64,000 nucleotides of DNA from Octopus sinensis. Lineage: Eukaryota. The stretch is from positions 74,028,001 to 74,092,000 of the forward strand of contig NC_043007.1 in NCBI RefSeq assembly GCF_006345805.1, in the 5' to 3' direction. The notes beneath the pieces were generated by a model. It did no database searches. It was not told where the DNA came from and saw only the letters and a program-made list of their open reading frames with translations. Both the position numbers and the translations under genes were made by a program. Shown one piece after another: positions 1 through 10,820 of this stretch (its first letter is position 1; each line of letters starts with the position of its first letter).

Positions 1-198
1 CAAAAAGGTGCTTTTTTTCTATGAAAATCCCTATTTTTTACGATTTTTTGACTGCTGTGTCGCCATTTTTCGGTGTATTTCAACCAGAAAAATGTTCACT
101 TAAAGAGACAAGATACATAATGCAAAATTTTTACTTTTCAAAAATTCCAATTCTAAGGGGTCGAAACAAACCCGAGCAACGCCGGGCGATACTGCTAG
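1..198 (+). mobile_element. 3' end of Helitron-type element
   Basis: Subterminal hairpin CCCGAGCAACGCCGGG (171-186), then CTAG|T at 195-199; same motif as at 11628-11656. Confidence 0.65.
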
Positions 199-2000
199 TA
201 TAGAATACAAAGAGAATAAAGCTCAAAATCAATCAAGACCTACATGTTGAAGACAAAAGTTAAAAATCAAGAAAAGCATGATATTCAATCAATAATTGTG
301 AACATTTGAACTTCTGATAAAAATGTCCGTCCATGACCTGGATTTCCATTTCATTTAAAACCTTGTTAATTGCACTTATCTCTAATCCCGCTGGAAAAGA
401 AACTGACATCACGTCATCTCATATCTTTTCCCTGTGGGATCTTGCATCCAATGAAAATAAATCGATATTCAATAATTCAAACGCTAAGAAACTCTCTTTT
501 CTTAACACTCGTGACATTATGACGAAACATAAATCAATATTTATTTTTCTTTTGATGCTAATGCACTGTAATAACAAAAAAGGGAACACTATAACATTCT
601 ATTTAACTTCCTTTTAAAAAAAGACACAAATACGCTGGTTAATGGAAGAGAACCGACATTAAATCTATATAATAATCTGTTTGTTCGTTCGCCCGTGGTA
701 CATTTGTTTGTTAGAGAGGTGGGGGTGATGTGAGTGAGAAGTGGAGTAAGAGTGAGAGGGAGTGAAGAAAAAGAGAGGAAGAAGTAACGAAAGGTGACAT
801 ATTAACACACTTAGGCCAAATGGTCACGTGGTCAGCTGAAGGTAGAGGCGAAGAACGAAAGAAAAGACGACGAGAGAAAAAGAGGGAGAAAGAAGTGTTA
901 AGGACGTGCGGTAAGGTAAGGAAGGAATGCTTATTACGTGGTTAAAAAGTTAGCTGAAGGGAAAGGTAGATAGGGAGATGTGAACAGGGGAGGTAGTTAT
1001 ATTGAGAGAGGGAAAGAAAGAGAGAGAGAGAGAGAAAGAGAAAGAGAGAGAGAAATATAGAGAGAGAGAAAGAGAAAGAGAGAGAGAGAGAGAAAGAGAG
1101 AGAGCGAGCAGTGGTGGGGGTTATGTGTTGATAATGAAAAGCATTTTTTTATCGAACTAATTTTTTTATAACGATCATCACATACGCGCAAGTGCAATCA
1201 TTTGTCGCCAGCTCGCTTTAAAAATTGATTTTATAGATTATGATATTTGTTTATAAGAATTAATTTAGCGTAAACTCTGAATTCAAAAGAAAAATAATTG
1301 CAAGCTGCCCTAGAAAGGATGCGCAGATATACAGCATGGATCAGAGAGGAACAGTGAGAAGATATAATAGAAATGGGTAAAAGACAACACAGACTAAGAC
1401 GTGAGGAAATGAATGCAGACAAACCTCAAGAATATTTAAAGAAAGCTAAACTGCATATTATAAAAATGTAAATCATCCTTTCTTTCCTAAGTAGGTCCTC
1501 TGAATGTTTTCAATTCCATGGAATTTCCACGGTTCCCACTAGCCATTATTATTAGCATTATCACATTCCAAACACTGGAGCTTTGGATTCTCTTATATCA
1601 GTATTACCTGTTAAATTCTTCCCCAAGTCTTCCTTGAACTGCAATCAGACTTGGTGTAGTAAAAACACAGTTTTATTTCTACTAAAAATACGAAGACGAT
1701 ATTTCAAACGAGCGAGTAAAATATAGAGCAAGAATTCTAAAGATATCTACAAAAGTGAAAATGGAACTTGAGAAAATCCTGTCCCTGAACTTACAACAGC
1801 AAGTGGTTATGCTGTGATGTGGGAATGACTCGGTCAACACAAGTCGATGGGTAACTTTTAGATTGAGAGAGAGGATCAACTGAATCCGTACGGATGTAAT
1901 CTTTAATGGTAGGCCTGCTGACATTAGAAACAGCAGCATATCTGTCATGAAACTTTAACCATTGTTTCTGTTTAAAAGCTCGTTAACAATCAGAATTAAC

Positions 2001-2625
2001 GGATATTTTTCTTTTGAACGGCAGATGTCAACACAATTTCTAGTTAACTAAACACTTTTAAACTTCGTATACTGGTAGAATGTGTTTATAAAACATCATT
2101 TTCTCTTGGTTTTATTGAGAAAATTCTATAGTTTGTAAGATATTTCGTCTGAAAATCCGAGCATTTCGGCAATTTTAACCAATTAATTACCTCCATTCAA
2201 CTAAATTCATTTGCTGCGTCTAAAACTGAGACAACATCCTGTAACGAACTCTAAATCTCCCCCCTAACCCTAACCCTATTTTTTTTTCTTAATTGTTACA
2301 TTAATTTAATTCCATTGCTTTAGTTTTTTTTACACGCGTATCAATTAAATTAATTTAACAATTAAGAAAAAAAATTTAGGGTTAGGGTTAGGGTTAGTTA
2401 CAGGATGTTGTCTCAGTTTTAGACGCAGCAAATGATTTTAGCTCAAAAGAGAGCATAGGATTGGTTAAAATTCGAAAAATTAAGCTACGTTAAACAAACA
2501 AATTACAATTTTCTCAAGAAAGCCAAAAGAAAAAAATGTTTTATTTTGACACATTCTACCAGTATACGAAGTTTTAAAGTGTTTAGTTAACTAGAAATTG
2601 TCTGCCGTTCAAAAGGAAAAGATCC
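2001..2625. mobile_element. Fold-back MITE, Merlin-like (GG..CC termini, 8-bp TSD)
   Basis: TSD GAATTAAC at 1993-2000 and 2626-2633; termini GGATATTTTTCTTTTGAACGGCAG / CTGCCGTTCAAAAGGAAAAGATCC; long internal inverted arms including (CCCTAA)n/(TTAGGG)n. Confidence 0.85.
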
Positions 2626-2910
2626 GAATTAACAAGTCCGCGAGAGCGAACAACGTCACTTTTGAAGAAGATTTTTTCGGGTGTCTTATAGTCGAGAGAA
2701 ATCAAGGACATCATAAAAAGTGTACATCTTTGTGATTTGTTCTTTTGTCTTATTGACTGATTTGGGGAAAATGTCAAAGGGAGTTTCCTTATTCTTGGAC
2801 TACAACTGATAGTATTTTCGTTGGGTTTTTTTTCTCTCTCTTAAATTTGATTGAGATGTGATGTGGAATTGTTGATCCTGCTAAATTTCTTTCTATAACT
2901 TTCTATAACA

Positions 2911-3300
2911 GGCGCGGGAGTTGCTGTGTGGTAAGTAGCTTGCTTACCAACCACATGGTTCCGGGTTCAGTTCCACTGCAGGGCACTTTGGGCAAGTGTC
3001 TTCTACTATAGACTTGGGCCGACCAATGCCTTGTGAGTGGATTTGGTAGCGGAAACTGAAAGAAGCCCGTCGTGTATATGTATATATATGTATGTGTGTG
3101 TTTGTGTTTGTCCCCCCCCCCAACATCGCTTGACAACCGATGCTGGTGTGTTTATGTCCCTGTAACTTAGCGGTTCGGCAAAAGAGACCGATAGAATAAG
3201 TACTAGGCTTACAAAGAATATGTCCTGGGGTCGATTTGCTCGACTAAATGGAGTGCTCCAGCATGGCCGCAGTCAAATGACTGAAACAAGTTAAAGAGTA
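2911..3300 (+). mobile_element. SINE family A (tRNA head, internal microsatellite)
   Basis: A-box-like GCTGTGTGG, B-box-like GGTTCAGTTCC; body repeated more than 25 times in window. Confidence 0.9.
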
Positions 3301-3398
3301 ACTTTGTCCTTATGCTAATGATAAAAAGATGGTCGATGTAAAGCTAAGAAATTGTTTGCCTATTCGGTTATGACAGGGTGTGAGTAAACTAAACGGAA

Positions 3399-3439
<41 letters not shown>

Positions 3440-3464
<25 letters not shown>

Positions 3465-4270
3465 GGGTATCCATATCTGTCAGTATGGCCTGCAGCTGAT
3501 ATAACGTTTCTGCGATAAGAACAATATCATCTACTAATCAGAGGTGTGTTTGCAGTTCACTTTTTGACACCTTATTTCCAGTCAGAGTCTCTAATGACCG
3601 TTTCGAGAAATGCAGTGAAGATTGTCGGAGAGTTAGTACCTCTTTTGACGCATCCCAACTGGTTCTCATATCGGTACCGGGCGTTGTGAGTGTTTATTGA
3701 GCGGAAACACCTAAAGCTCCACGAGGCTCCGGCAGGGGATGGTGGTGATCCCTGCTGTACTCTTTCACCACAACTTTCTCTCATTCTTACTTCCTGTTTC
3801 TGTTGTACCTGTATTTCAAGGGGCCAGCCTTGTCACTCTCTGTGTCACGCTGAATATTCTCGAGAACTACGTTAAGGGTGCACGTGTCTGTGGAGTGCTC
3901 AGCCACTTACACGTTAATTTCACGAGCAGGCTGTTCCGTTGATTCGGATCAACCGGAACCCTCATCGTCGTAACCGACGGAGTGCTTCCACCATCCACCA
4001 CTCATATCGGTGGAGAAAGCTGAGTTAAATCGGTGAAACATCACGAGTTCGACTTCTTAAGAAGTTATATTCGTATGTATTGTGTCTGCATTCATCTTGC
4101 TGCTCTCGAAGGTCTTTCTGCAGTCTATGAAGGTGATACAAAGAAGCAACTTATACCCTTCCACTCGTTCAAGAATCAGAATGAATATATAGTATATCAT
4201 GCTGTAGTTCTTCCGAAAACCTTCTAATTCCTTTGGTTGTTGGTAGAGAGTTCAATACTACGACCTTTGT
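3440..4270 (-). pseudogene. Decayed RTE-clade LINE reverse transcriptase, split by a SINE C insertion
   Basis: Frameshifted minus-strand translation QPKELEGFRKNYS...LCITFIDCRKTFES and GCVKRGTNSPTIFTAFLETVIRDSDWK resembles RT motifs QPxEQAGFR / FIDYxKAFDS / GVxQGxxLSP. Confidence 0.75.
3676..4000 (+). mobile_element. SINE family C, 5'-truncated
   Basis: Matches 35493-35880 from ACCGGGCGTTGTGAG onward; TSD CTCATATCGGT at 3665-3675 and 4001-4011. Confidence 0.9.
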
Positions 4271-4386
4271 AAATAGCTTTAATAATAATGTTCTGATTAT
4301 AATATGATTTGATTAGAGTTCAAAATGGAGCAATATTCTTATATTTTTCATTTTCACTCTTTTAATAAAGCAAGACTGTAATTCTT

Positions 4387-4834
4387 AGATCTTTTCGGTT
4401 TGAACGGCAGTTTTTTCTAGCGGTGTCATATGAAATTGTCACCCATAAATATGACCCTAGTATCGATCTATTGTATTTCAATCTGTTTTAGGGTTAGAAT
4501 TAGTTAGGGTTAGGGTTAGGGTTGGGGTCAGGGTTAGGGGTAGGGGAAGGGTATCTTTTTTCCTTCACACATGTAAATATCCCCATTCTGTTTCTTAAAC
4601 GAGGGACATATTCATACGGCACAGAATGTTTTTTACCTCAATAGACGCCAGTGATTGGTTGAAATTGCAGAAATTGAAGAAAAAACAACAAATATCTTAC
4701 AAACTATAGAATTTTCTCAATAAAGCCAAGAGAAAAAGATGTTTTATAAACACATTCTACCAGTATACGAAGTTTAAAATTTTTTAGTTACCTAGAAATT
4801 ATATTAAAAACTGCCGTTCAAACCGAAAAGATCC
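4387..4834. mobile_element. Merlin-like MITE containing TTAGGG repeats
   Basis: ~28-bp TIRs GATCTTTTCGGTTTGAACGGCAGTTTTT; 8-bp TSD TAATTCTT at 4379-4386 and 4835-4842; second copy at 23057-23492. Confidence 0.9.
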
Positions 4835-5202
4835 TAATTCTTCTTTCAAATATCAAATTACAACGTAGAACAAGGATTTCCTCTATTCCTTAACAATTTT
4901 GTTATTGTACCATCTTATTCTCAGGTTTTATCTCACCCTCCCGTCAGCATTAAAGCGTTCCCAAAGTAGGTGTCACTTCTTCCAACGTTTGTAACAGTGC
5001 ACACATTCACGCGCGCGCGCACACACACAATACACAGATTCATTCATTCATTCATTCATTCATTCATTCATTTATTTGTTTGTTTATAATTCAACAAAGA
5101 AGTAAAAGCTTCGCATACTTTACTGTGATACAGTGATAAAGTTTTCAAAGTATTCTCTCTTTGTGTTTTTTTAACATAAATCTCCTTGCATGAAACCTCT
5201 TA

Positions 5203-5247
<45 letters not shown>

Positions 5248-5389
5248 AACTCTTCGTAAAAACTGTCCCTTTCGTTTTCACTTTATTTTTTTTCATATTT
5301 TTCTCATATATTATATTTTTTTTACATTCATTTCATACTTTCCACGCTCCTACACGCATTTTTTTCTCTCCTTGTTTTTTTTCTGTGTA

Positions 5390-5427
5390 TCTTTCTGTCG
5401 AAGAGCGTAGGCTCGAAACGTAAAAGA
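5390..5427 (+). ncRNA. Minimal type I hammerhead-like motif (core variant) in a PLE-like terminus
   Basis: TCTTT-CTGTCGA-A-GAGC(GTAG)GCTC-GAAAC-GTA-AAAGA: stem I 5 bp, stem II 4 bp, palindromic ACGT stem III; A6 replaced by T. Confidence 0.65.
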
Positions 5428-5515
5428 CTTTTTCTATTCCTGAGCGCCATACTAATACATTTGTTTGTTTGTACTCCACCTGCCTTCGTCTTTTGTTTAT
5501 TTTCGTAAACTTTCC

Positions 5516-5555
<40 letters not shown>

Positions 5556-5588
5556 TATATTATATATATATATATATATATGAGCAAA

Positions 5589-5688
5589 ACTTCCGTCTAC
5601 CAAATCCACTCACAAGGCATTGGTCGGCCCGGGGCTATAGCAGAAGACACTTGCCCAAGACGCCACGCAGTGGGACTGAGCCCAGTAC
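5589..5688 (-). mobile_element. SINE A 5' fragment
   Basis: Reverse complement of the family A 5' body. Confidence 0.85.
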
Positions 5689-5692
5689 AAGG

Positions 5693-6057
5693 CCAATGGA
5701 CGGTGCTGAGTTGTCAAACATTTAAACCAAATTTTCTCAAAACAACTTATCCGACCGTCCCATAGGTCTCCCCTTTGAGGAAAACTGATTTAACCTAAAT
5801 TTGAGACACCAGCAAAAGAAGAAATAAAGATAGACTTTTTTTCTATTCCAAGAAAAAACGATTTTACAAATGCACGTTCCCACGGCTTTATCGATTGCAT
5901 ACTCACCTGGGATCGATTTTTGTAATTTTTGCAAGACTTATACATGCCCTGATACCGTCGGTATCTATATATCAAATTTGAGCGCAATCGGATGGAGGAT
6001 GCCCGAGATCCTAGAAGACACACGCATAGACAGACAGAACGGATTTTATAAAATAGA
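5693..6057 (-). mobile_element. Helitron-like non-autonomous element (5' part)
   Basis: Minus-strand start A|TCTATTTTATAAAATCCGTTCTGTCTGTCT; close copy at 37173-37537. Confidence 0.6.
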
Positions 6058-6344
6058 TATATGACTAAGGGTACAAGATAGTACCAGCGTTGCTACAAAT
6101 AGGAGTCGAAAAATACTAAACAAGCCACAATAACACTGAAAATTTGACAAGCTTACGAAATCGAGAACCAAGTAAAAAGTCACCCAAATGAATTTATAGA
6201 TATACCCTGGTACTAGTATGTACCCTTAATTATAAATTTATAACTTTACCTTTTTGGTCTTAATGCTTGACAGCCACTTATATTATTACTATTATTATCA
6301 TTATTATTTATTAATAATAATATCTTTATTTTCTCTTTTCTCTT

Positions 6345-6753
6345 TCTCTTTTACTTGTTTCAGTCATTTGACTGCAGCCATGCTGGAGCACCGCCTTTAG
6401 TCGAGCAAATCGACCCCAGGACTTATTCTTTGTAAGCCTAGTACTTATTCTATCGGTCTCTTTTGCCGAACCGCTAAGTTACGGGGACATAAACACACCA
6501 GCATCGGTTGTCATGCGATGTTGGGGGGACAAACATAGACACACAAACATATACATACACTTACACACACACAGATACAGATATATATACGACGGGCTTC
6601 TTTCAGTTTCCGTCTACCAAATCCACTCACAAGGCTTTGATCGGCCCGAGGCTATCGTAGAAGACACTTACCCAATGTGCCACGCAGTGGGACTGAACCC
6701 GGAACCATGTGGTTGGTAAGCAAGCTACTTACTGCACAGCCACTCCTGCGCCT
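6345..6753 (-). mobile_element. SINE A, full length
   Basis: Head AGGCGCAGGAGTGGCTGTG on minus; internal (CA/TA)n; 3' body and AAGAG tail. Confidence 0.9.
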
Positions 6754-6891
6754 GTATAATTATACACTTATGTATAATTATACACTTCTTTAATTATACT
6801 TTATAATTATACACTTAAATTTGGCGCTACTCTTTCAACGATTTCGACAAGCATGACGAAGCGGGTATTAGTTTAACCCCAAGCAGCGAAA

Positions 6892-6950
6892 CCCACTGAA
6901 GAGAACTAAGAGTAATAAATATCTTAGAGTTCGAAATCACGTGATATGGG
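6892..6950 (+). ncRNA. Type I hammerhead ribozyme, intact core
   Basis: CCCA-CTGAAGA-GAAC(TAAGA..TCTTA GA)GTTC-GAA-ATCACGTGAT-A-TGGG; stem III is a perfect 10-nt palindrome; predicted AUA cleavage after 6946. Confidence 0.85.
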
Positions 6951-7097
6951 AATATCTGTAAATTCATTTGCGTCTTTCCCCAGCAATGGTAGGTTCACTT
7001 CTTCCTTGCTCCTCGATTTTACCATGGAGTTTCAATGTAAATGGATGCAAATGGAGTTTCAATGTAATAATCTTTAAATCGCTATATGTTGTATGTA

Positions 7098-7322
7098 AAG
7101 GCGGCGAGCTGGCAGAAGCGTTAGCATGCCTGGCGAAATGCGTAACCGTATTTTGTCTGTTCTGAGTTCAAATTCCGCCGAGGTCGACTTTGCCTTTTAT
7201 CCTTTCGGGGTCGATAAATTAAGTACCAGTTACGCACTGGAGCCGATATAACCGACTTAATCCGTTTGTCTGTCCTTGTTTGTCCTCTCTGTGTTTATCC
7301 CCTTGTGGGTAGTAAAGAAATA
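7098..7322 (+). mobile_element. SINE family B (tRNA head, Meta-like central domain)
   Basis: B-box GAGTTCAAATTCC; central GCCTTT(C/T)ATCCTTTCGGGGTCGATAAATTAAGTACCAG; 17-bp TSD GCTATATGTYGTATGTA at 7081-7097 and 7323-7339. Confidence 0.9.
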
Positions 7323-7359
7323 GCTATATGTCGTATGTATTGAAGTCTCCCTTTAATAA

Positions 7360-8125
7360 TGGTTTCTAATTTTGGCACAAGGCCAGCAATTTCGGAGTAG
7401 AGGTTAAGTCGATTACATCGACCCCAGCGCTCAACTGGTACTTATTTTATCGACTCCGAAATGAGGAAAGGCAAAATCGACCTCGGCGGTATTTGAACTC
7501 AGAACGTAGAATTGCCGAAATGCCGCTAAGCATTTCATTTTTCCTGTGCGATAACGATTCTGCCAATTCGCCGCCTTAAGTTTGCCTTTAGTGTTGGTTT
7601 CAAAGTCGTTTTGAGTTCAAATTTCGCTGAGGTCGACTTCGCCTTTCATCCTTTCGGGATCGATAAAATAAGTACCAGTTGAGCACTGGAGTGGATGCAA
7701 TCGATTTAACCTTGATGTTGCTGGCCTTGCGCCAAAATTTGAAACCAATACTGGTTTCAGGTTATTTTATCGGCTCCAAAAGAAAGAAAGACGGAGTAGA
7801 CTCCGGCAGCGCTGGAACTCAGAACTTAAAGTTGGTGAAATGCTTCTAAACATTTTTTCCAGGGCCGTAACGATTCTTCCAGCCCGCTGACTTAAGTCTC
7901 CCTTAATTCTTTCTACTATAGGCACAAGTCCTGAAATTTTGGCGAAGTGGGTAAGTCGATTACATCGACCCAGTGCACAACTGTAACTTATTTTATCGAA
8001 CCCGAAAGGATGAAAGACAAGGTCGACCTCGGCGGCATTGGATCTTAGAATGTAAAGATGGTGAAATTCCGCTAAACATTTTTTTTTTCCAGAACGGTAA
8101 CGATTCTTCCAGCTCGTTGACTGAG
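7360..8125. mobile_element. Cluster of four older SINE B variants (B2 tail GGCCTTGTGCC), mixed strands
   Basis: Degenerate copies at about 7365-7578 (-), 7605-7748 (+), 7755-7895 (-), 7905-8125 (-). Confidence 0.75.
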
Positions 8126-8419
8126 GTTTCCCTTCAATAATAATGTTCCTATTATATCATGATGTAGTTAGTTATATATTTTGGCGGAACGGTTCTTTAC
8201 ATATGTTTATCATATTAATGTTCTGTATTGCTTTTTTTTTTTTTTTTTTTAGTTTTCTTCAAATTTTTAAAAAACTTTTTATTCATTTGTTGAATGTTTA
8301 TATATCCCAGTATGTCGCTCTCTGTGTTCAAGTATTGTTTGTAGTTCCTGTGTACTGCGTCGCCAAACTAGTACGTGTCATAAAGCCTTCATTGTGATTT
8401 GGTTTGCATTAACGAGATA

Positions 8420-8650
8420 TATTTGTTTACTACCCACAAGGGGCTAAACATAGAGGGGACAAACAAGGACAGACAAAGGAATTAAGTCGATTACATCGAC
8501 TCCAGTGCGAAACTGGTACTTAATTTATCGACCCCGAAAGGATGAAAGGCAAAGTCGACCTCGGCGGAATTTGAACTCAGAGCGTAACGGCAGACGAAAT
8601 ACGGCTACGCATTTCGCCCGGTGTGCTAACGTGTCTGCCAGCTCGCCGCC
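8420..8650 (-). mobile_element. SINE B, full length
   Basis: 17-bp TSD TTTGCATTAACGAGATA at 8403-8419 and 8651-8667. Confidence 0.92.
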
Positions 8651-8700
8651 TTTGCATTAACGAGATAAGGATTTGAGAGCATGCTAGTCTTTTAGATGTA

Positions 8701-8752
<52 letters not shown>

Positions 8753-8778
8753 TGTGTGTGTGTGTGTGTGGGTGTGTC

Positions 8779-8809
<31 letters not shown>

Positions 8810-8863
8810 ATGTAGTGGGATCAAAATTTAAATTACACACTTGATGTTATTTATATTCAGAAT

Positions 8864-9195
8864 GTGAGGGCGCGTGGCTTAGTGGTTAGGGCATTCGGCT
8901 CATGATCGTAAGGTTGTGAGTTCGATTCCCAGCAACGCGTTGTGTCCTTGAGCAAGACACTTTATTTCACGTTGCTCCAGTCCACTCAGCTGGCAAAAAT
9001 GAGTTGTACTTGTATTTCAAAGGGTCAGCCTTGTCACTCTCTGTGTCACGCTGATTATCTCCGAGAACTACGTTAAGGGTACACGTGCCTGTGGAATGCT
9101 CAGCCATTTGCACGTTAATTTCACGAGCAAGCTGTTCCGCTGATCGTATCAGCTGGGACCCTCGTCGTCGTAACTGGCGGAGTCTTTTTTTTTAG
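8864..9195 (+). mobile_element. SINE family D (tRNA head, CORE-like domain)
   Basis: A box TGGCTTAGTGG, B box GAGTTCGATTCCC, CORE-like GTGTCCTTGAGCAAGACACTT; TSD ATATTCAGAAT at 8853-8863 and 9196-9206. Confidence 0.9.
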
Positions 9196-9411
9196 ATATT
9201 CAGAATATCTTATATCCCCGTTTTGCTCATATTTTTTTCTTTTACGATGTTTAAACGATGAACAATGACGAACTTGGCTTTAGCTTTTGCTTAGGTTTTT
9301 TTTATACCCTATGCTTTGTGCTGTTTCGTTATTTTTATTTTTATTATTTTTTTTTTTTTGACTTTGTATAATGTGCAGCAAGATTATTGTTAGAACTAGG
9401 TACATTATATT

Positions 9412-9735
9412 AAAGACTCCGCCGGTTACGACGACGAGGGTCCCAGCTGATACGATCAACAGAACAGCTTGCTCGTGAAATTAACGTGCAAATGGCTGAG
9501 CATTCCACAGACACGTGTACCCTTAACGTAGTTCTCGGGGATAATCAGCGTGACACAGAGAGTGACAAGGCTGACCCTTTGAAATACAAGTACAACTCAT
9601 TTTTGCCAGCTGAGTGGACTGGAGCAACGTGAAATAAAGTGTCTTGCTCAAGAACACAACGCGTCGCCGGGAATCGAACTCACAACCTTACGATCATGAG
9701 CCGAATGCCCTAACCACTAAGCCACGCGCCCTCAC
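9412..9735 (-). mobile_element. SINE D, inverted relative to 8864-9195
   Basis: TSD GGTACATTATAT at 9399-9410 and 9736-9747. Confidence 0.9.
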
Positions 9736-9929
9736 GGTACATTATATGAACATAATGCAGTTCCTTTTCAACCAAATTACTTTTAGAATTCAATATTTCA
9801 ATATGGTTTGCTCATTTTTACGTCAGAACGGATTAGTTTGCGAAGAGATCTGTCTGTTAGATCTATCTAAACGAACAATCGCTCAGTGGTGTTCTCGCTC
9901 GCTCTTATAAACAGAATATTATTAATAAT

Positions 9930-10812
9930 TCTTGGTACAAGGCCAGCAATTTCGGGGAAGAGTAAGTCAATTATATCGACCCCCCGGTGATCAACTTGTT
10001 CTTATTTTATCGATTCCGAAAAGGTGAAAGGGAAAGTCGATTTCGGCAGTAGAAGAATATTACTAATATTCTTTTCTACTCTAGACACAAGGCCCGAAAT
10101 TTTGTGGGAGGGGGCCAGTCGATTAGATCGACTCCAGTATGCATGTGGTACTTAATTTATTGACTTCGAAAGGATGAAAAGCAAAGTCGACCTCGGCGGA
10201 ATTTGAACTCAGAACGTAGCGGCAGACGAAATACCTATTTCTATCTCTTTACTACCCACAAGGAGCTAAACACAGAGAGGATAAAGAAGAACAAACAAAC
10301 GGATTAAGTCGATTACATCGACCCCAGAACGTAACTGCTACTTAATTTATCGACCCCGAAAGAATGAAAGGCAAAGTCGACCTCGGCAGAATTTGAACTC
10401 AGAACATAACGGCAGACGAAATACCTATTTCTAAACTACCCACAAGGAGCTAAACACAGAGAGGACAAACAAACAAGGACAGACAAACGGATTAAGTCGA
10501 TTATATCGACCCCAGTGTGTAACTGGTACTTTATTTATCGACCCCGAAAGGGATCGCACTGGGGTCGATATAATCGACTTAATCCGTCTGTCTGTCCTCG
10601 TTTGTCTCCTCTGTGTTTAGTCCCTTGTGGGTAGTAAAGAAATAGGTATTTCGTCTGTCTTTATGTTCTGAGTTCAAATTTCGCCGAGGTCGACTTTGCG
10701 TTTCATCCTTTCGGGGGCGATAAATTAAGTACCAGTTGCCTACTCGGGTCGATCTAATCGACTGTTCCCCTCCCCAAAAATTTCGGGCCTTGTGCCTGGA
10801 GTGAAAAGAATA
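9930..10812. mobile_element. SINE B/B2 multimer cluster with a strand switch near 10555
   Basis: Tandem minus-strand units up to about 10550, then plus-strand units ending GGGCCTTGTGCCTGG. Confidence 0.8.
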
Positions 10813-10820
10813 ATCAGCAA

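Noticed and set aside
4495-4545. TTAGGG tracts as a true telomere or chromosome fusion site
   Set aside because: Short, and internal to a MITE bounded by TIRs and TSDs.
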